A stretch of 64,000 nucleotides of DNA from positions 5,332,001-5,396,000 of the forward strand of contig OY986949.1 of the NCBI GenBank assembly GCA_963920595.1, given 5' to 3'. Shown piece by piece: positions 58,498-64,000 of this stretch. Positions within the stretch are counted from its first letter, which is position 1, and every line of letters starts with the position of its first letter. Below the pieces are notes generated by a model that ran no database searches, was not told the DNA's origin, and saw only the letters and a list, made by a program, of their open reading frames with translations. Made by a program: the position numbers and the translations under genes. This stretch comes from Eimeria praecox. Its lineage: Eukaryota.

Positions 58498-60040
58498 CGA
58501 GAGCAGTGTGTTTCTCTTCAAGGTTGGTGTACTGGGGAGAGCTCCCCTAACCCTACACAGTAGAAGCAGAGTTCTGGGGAGGAGGAGCCCGAACAGCCAC
58601 GGAGGCCAGAAAACAGAACTGCACAGCTGATCTGGTGTGTTCTTAGTTCTAGGTTACGGGCCGGCAGTTCGTCTCAGGTTGCCGTCCCTTGTTGAGGGTT
58701 TTGCCCTTGTGTGGAGCCATGCGTGGTGAAACATGGTTTATACCGGCCTAAGAGCCCCTCAGAGGACTGCTAGACCCCGTGGAGTGCCGCTGGAGTATTC
58801 CTGCATTGCAACCGTCAGCGCTAGGGATGGGCTTGCGGGAAGATTCCCCGCCCTACAGGCTACACCTTAGGTCCTCATCTCCCAAACCGAGGCCAAATTC
58901 AGTTTACAAATAATCTATTAGGTTTCTGGAAGCCTTCAGGAACTCTTCTTCCGTGTGCAGCCCTATGGCAGGGCCCCCACGGGGCCCCCTTCGTCGGGGG
59001 CCCCGATTGGTAACACTCGGCAGAGAGGCCTGCCTTCCTCCCCTTTTCGTCGTTAAAAAGCCTCAACTTATTCTTAGTGGCAAACAAGCATTCGCCAACA
59101 AAACCATTTCAACTCATCTGTGATGCCTTAGTCACTTTTATTCAATTCCGTCGCAGCTCCCATGTGCCGTAAGAGTGTAGCCACACCCGGACTACTAGAA
59201 AGAAGGTTCCCTGGGGACATTCAGGAATTCTACAGCTTCTCAACCTCTCTAAACTGTTTAGTGGTCAGCGTAGCGCCGCCTGCAACGACGGCCTACTGCC
59301 ATGTAAGGCATACACTGCACGAGGCCCCTGCGGGCAGCATAGAACAGTAGGGATGGCAGCAGCCCTTATGCTACATTGCATACTCGGTAGAGAGGGCTTT
59401 TAATGGCTAGCTGAGCAGCAGAGCCCCCGTATAGCAGGTCCGCATAGCCTGCCGAGGCACGTCTCACGGTGCAAACGATCGAAAAAGTTTCAGTCACGGC
59501 AGACGGAAACCCTCCTGCGGGTATTCACTGTGTTTGGCGCTCGTTTCGCTCATGTGCACATATCAGTGTTTGAAAAACTAGAGGTTCTCGTGAGGGCGTT
59601 CCCTCACTTGCTGCGTGCAACACAAGTGTCCCCTGGGATACGAGGTACCCCGTGCTGCCCGGGCAGCGGGCAGTAGTCCTACATGGGGCTATCATGGGAA
59701 CCCGAAATAACGAACCTGGGGGCTCGCAGGTGCCGTCCAGCAGAATAGCCGCTGCAAAGTATGCAGAGAGTCATCTGCAGGAGAGATCCTCTTCAGTGAA
59801 ACCACAGGACCTGCACCAGGCGCTCCGTATTGTCAGTCCCTTCACCCAGTCGACAGACCTCACTACTGCGGCCCTCGTATCAGGAGCCGCCTGTAAGTAA
59901 AGAGATGCGCAGCTTCCTATCTGCTAGTGAAAAGCCCCCATGTAATTGAGTTGGGCGCCCTTGAGTACAGAACGGCCGGCCCCCACAACGAAGGGAAGGC
60001 ATGGTTTGGTCACCGCGAGAGGTCTCACTGCCCATAAAGT

Positions 60041-60817
60041 TTAAACCATTTCCACCTCGGCTCCAGCCGCTTTAAGAGCGTCAAAGATCTTCTGGGCTTC
60101 AGCTTTGGCGATGTTTTCGGTTACGTCCTTGGGAAGAGAGTCTATAAAGTTCTTTGCCTCCTTCAATCCTAAATCTCCGCGTACACTTCGCAGTGTCTTG
60201 ATCACAGATATGCGATTAGCAGTAGGCACAGCTTTCATCACTACCTTAAATTCTGTCTTCTCAGGGGGCTCAGGCGGTGCCGAGGCCCCTGAGTCCCCTG
60301 GAGTCTGACCACCAGCCTGCGCTGCTGGTGCCGTTGCTGCTGCTGCTGCACCGAGTGCAGATGCAGCAGAAACACCGAATACCCTCTCTAACTGCCGAAC
60401 AAGCTCAGACACTTCAAGAAGGGTGAGTTGCTGCAGCTGCTCTAGCACAGCTTGTACGCGGGGAGCTATTGGAGGCTGAGGGCCCTCTCCTCCCCCTGTC
60501 GCCGATGGGCTTCCCGCACAGAGTGACGACACTGGACGAGCAGAAGGGAAGCTACCCACAGAATGGCAGCGGCTATGAGCCGTCAAAAAAGAGGGATGAC
60601 CAGATGCTGTTATTGGGGCAGCTGCTCCTGCAGTGGCAGCAAGGGGAATCTCGGCCGTAGCCCTTCCCTGTAGGGTTCCTTTGGTGTAGAGACGTCTTGG
60701 CACGAAGCACAGGCTGCTGGAGCAAACTGATGCCATTAAGATCAGCACAAGCAGGGCAAGAAGTAGCAGCAGCAAACGCCGGCGCTGCTGTTCCGGCCGG
60801 GGGAGCGGGAGCAACAT
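60041..60817 (-). CDS. rplL: Bacterial-type ribosomal protein L7/L12, probably apicoplast-targeted (single exon)
   Basis: LQQLTLLEVSELVRQLERVFGV dimerisation domain, Ala-rich hinge and EKTEFKVV...VIKTLRSV...LGLKEAKNFID...AEVE C-terminal domain. The N-terminus has a signal peptide (RRLLLLLLALLVLILMA) followed by a Ser/Thr/Arg-rich stretch. Confidence 0.95.
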   Translation of the reverse strand: MLLPLPRPEQQRRRLLLLLLALLVLILMASVCSSSLCFVPRRLYTKGTLQGRATAEIPLAATAGAAAPITASGHPSFLTAHSRCHSVGSFPSARPVSSLCAGSPSATGGGEGPQPPIAPRVQAVLEQLQQLTLLEVSELVRQLERVFGVSAASALGAAAAATAPAAQAGGQTPGDSGASAPPEPPEKTEFKVVMKAVPTANRISVIKTLRSVRGDLGLKEAKNFIDSLPKDVTENIAKAEAQKIFDALKAAGAEVEMV

Positions 60818-62542
60818 GGGGGCCCCTTGCCCTTGGGGGCCCCCGGGGATGTGTGAAGACGCCACGGACAGGAGGAGAAAAGAAGTACAAGATGCAGGAA
60901 ATCTGGGGTTTCAGGCATCCAACGTCTACAGGCTGCTGTTTATGGTTTGAGCTTTCGTTGTGACGGCTGCTGTGCTCGGCAGATATGCTGTTATGCCCTG
61001 TGTCCACTCTGATGCTACTGGCACCAGCTAAGGTGCGGCGGAACAAATCCCTACGTCTTAATAGAAATAATGTTAAACATCTTAAAGCAAATCACTAGGT
61101 AGAAAGGCAGTAACCATGTTAAAAAGTGGGCAATTTAGCTCTGCATGCTATCACACAACGCATGGACTCACCCAGCCCCGAACGCTGCCGCCAGCTCCTT
61201 GTTAGAGCTGTGCAAGGGGCACCTCTTACATCTTCAACCAACCAGTCTCAACTCCTTCTTTTGGCTTTATTTGCACAGCAGTTTTGCTGAGTCACAAGAA
61301 ACCTACTGTGCCCAGCAGTGCACAGTCGGCAGCGGGGGACCTTGCGGCCAGCGTGGCCGACAGGGGTAGGCCTTGCACAATATAGTCGAAGGCCACAATT
61401 TCGTCTTCGAAAAGGCGTTTCCTGACGAGTGAGCTATCCCTGAAGTAGTATTGTGCTGCAGGGAGTTACGCCAACCCCACCACCGGCGGAACTCGCGGGC
61501 GCGAGAGTTCGACCCGCACACTAGGAGTAGCACCAGGGATTGACAACACTATAGTGTGGCTCAAGTGGGGTGTTTTATTTTCTTTATTGTCCTGTGAGAT
61601 GGCTAATCAGGAAACTACTGTCCGGTAGAATACGAATGCTGCGTGGAAACTTAAAGGGAGGCCTCGCATAAGTGGAGCCCCGAGAAAAAGTATCCCCTCC
61701 ACTCAAAGATATCTCTATTCATACCGTGAAACGTAGTTAACATTTAGACAAGCATAAGTAATTGCATGAGTAATTGATATGGCTCCAGGCCCACAACGAA
61801 TCCGATACACTCCCGGCTTGAAAAGAGGGTACTTCGCGGCTTCAGCAATGTACGCCCCATCAGTATCATCCAGTCTCCACAGTTGGCCACCTGTTGTTCA
61901 AAGAGAGACTAGAGGGAGCAAACGGTGAAACGGAACCGTGACTACGAGGGGGCCATGAGCTTTTGGCCTACATGTTTTGCATCAGTGTATCATTTGTAGA
62001 GTGGAGTGGGCAATCCACATCTGCTTTGCGAGGTTTCCAAGTATTATAGCCAGTTACCGCATGGTAAGCGCCGCGCAGGCAAAGCGGACAGCTAAGCAGG
62101 AGCAAGTGATGCTGACAGTGAATTTCTACAGCAAAACTGCTTATACCTGCTGTGGTTGCGAACGAAGGCGAGGCCTTGTGATTCCTGCCCAGCGTTCTGA
62201 ATGTTAGCACAATGAAATTTGTTCGGGCGTCAACTGATGGAACGTGTAAATGTGACACTCCTAATAAGCCCAAGCTTTTCGTTATTTGTCAAGTGTAATA
62301 TGTTAATGGGCCAGTTTTAACTATCTTTTTGCTGTAAGACCTAGCTATAACTCAGGACCGCTGGCTTGGCGGGATCAGCTGTGTTGCGCCAGTCTGATTT
62401 CGTCAGAAGTGCATGGAATTGGCGAGACTTTCGGAGGCCGTAGAATAATGTCTACCATTAATTCATTTTTACTTTCATTTCGAGACTCCGCGTTGGCGTA
62501 TAGTTCTGCCGTTCTTTCAGACAGGCCCCTGGGCTAAACGGC

Positions 62543-62995
62543 TCATGGCTTGCAAGCGTCCTTACAAACGTCCCCGTTTTTGATCCTATTATGCTGGCTA
62601 CAGAAACCACGGCATTTCTGACAACCACCCCAACAACCGCCGGCGAAGATTGGTGTGAACGACCGTGAGGCAGGTGTTTTCGCCGCACTTGTGCGACACT
62701 TCGACGATACTTCCTCATTAGGGGGGGACGCGCTGGGGTAGTTGTTTAATACGGCTTGCTGAAGAAGTAGGGAATGCTTAAAAGCTATCATTTCCTGAAC
62801 CTTTGCAAAATCCCTCAAATTCACTTCTGCCTCCTTGCCTGTTGTCATCTCGAGCACAAAAAGCACTCCAACGATGCTGCAGGCAGGGATATGCGACAAT
62901 CGCGATGTCCCACTATAGTCATCGCAGACCACTTGCGCGCCTACTGGGATTTTGGATGCTAGAGTAGCATTCGTCTGCTGCGCACAATAATTCAT
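62543..62995 (-). CDS. Possible 3' exon of a hypothetical gene extending beyond the window
   Basis: 150-codon ORF with partly protein-like content and a Cys-rich end; no domain recognised. Confidence 0.3.
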   Translation of the reverse strand: MNYCAQQTNATLASKIPVGAQVVCDDYSGTSRLSHIPACSIVGVLFVLEMTTGKEAEVNLRDFAKVQEMIAFKHSLLLQQAVLNNYPSASPPNEEVSSKCRTSAAKTPASRSFTPIFAGGCWGGCQKCRGFCSQHNRIKNGDVCKDACKP

Positions 62996-64000
62996 CCTGC
63001 TTTGTATGGGATGGTGCTCTCTCCGTGATATCGCTTCCTTTCACAATTCGCCGTGATGGCATGTAAACTAACTTGCCAACGGCAAGTCGCGCTAAAGCGT
63101 AAGCTGTCATACCGACTTGTAGGTGATGCAGGACATGGCAACAGGTCTGGAACTTAATTAAGCCTGTTACTCCACATACAGCGCCGCGGCGACAATGCCT
63201 TTGCTAATATAAACACGGGGACATGAAATTCGAATTCGCTGGCAACAATCAAGTGTTATGATGCCACTTGAGCGAGGGGAATTCCAGCCTCGTTCCCCCG
63301 AGTTGCCTCCGCAGATTTCCTAGTGCTGCAGTTGTGTTCGAATGAGGTGCGCTGGAACAACAATAGGTTCGTCCACCTCTAGGTCGACTCTTGCTACCCT
63401 CTGCGAGTAGGGGTATTGCTACATTAAGAAGACAACAGCGCTTCACATCAACTGCGATGAGGAAGCTGAAGGGGTGTAAGAAGGCAATCGAATGAAGATG
63501 GCTTCGCCTGCCTCGTAGCCCTGTGTCCTCATGTATATGAATTTCTACTGTGCCGAACAGGCTAATAACGGGCTTCAAGGATCAGTGCTCCCCCAAAGCA
63601 GGCTGTCTTCTCCCAGGTCCGCGAATAGGGAGGTAGACGATGGTCTACCAGAGTTACACTCCTGCAGAGCAGCAAGAAGCCGGCAGTGCTCTTTCCTCAG
63701 GGAATGGAATGTAAGCTTTTAGCCTGGGAAGTACATGCCAAAAAGTCACGAATTTCTGTCGGGCGTTGTAGCTGGTGCGCTGGACAGACGCATACATCAT
63801 TCTTGAATCGTGTTTCAGGGCCTACGCTGTGACACCGTGATGCATACTACTGCTATCGGGCTCGTCCCTGGTAAGAGGGCATCGAATCACTTCCAATCTA
63901 CCTGCAGGAAATGGCCTGGGATTTCAGCCGATATCCTGTGAAGAGAATTCAACGGCTTCCTCTACTTATAAGGCCTTTCCTCCTGCGTGGACGATGCTCA

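Overview
Eukaryotic, intron-rich DNA, most likely from a coccidian apicomplexan (Eimeria-like). This is inferred from CAG/GCT trinucleotide runs encoding poly-Ala/Gln/Ser, intronic TTTAGGG telomere-like units, abundant TGCATGCA octamers and a ribosomal protein with an apicoplast-type leader. Genes recognisable from protein motifs: transaldolase (5 exons, 693-3644 +), a THH1/TOM1/TOM3 (GPR137-like) membrane protein (~14761-18065 +), a coiled-coil protein (26618-29226 +), an NSUN4-like RNA m5C methyltransferase (29581-31988 -), a KCTD-type BTB/POZ protein (44725-46346 -), a SUV3 helicase (48010-52893 +), a CoqF-like FAD monooxygenase (53993-58497 -) and apicoplast-type ribosomal protein L12 (60041-60817 -). 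Several hypothetical genes are also present. There is no CRISPR array, tRNA, rRNA or recognisable transposon. The most notable unexplained signals are a multi-hairpin element at 7943-8083 between direct repeats, three probable GC-AG introns all using GCAAGC donors, and a Gly->Tyr change in SUV3 motif VI. I found no clearly novel multi-gene system. All exon boundaries were read by eye and need RNA-seq confirmation.
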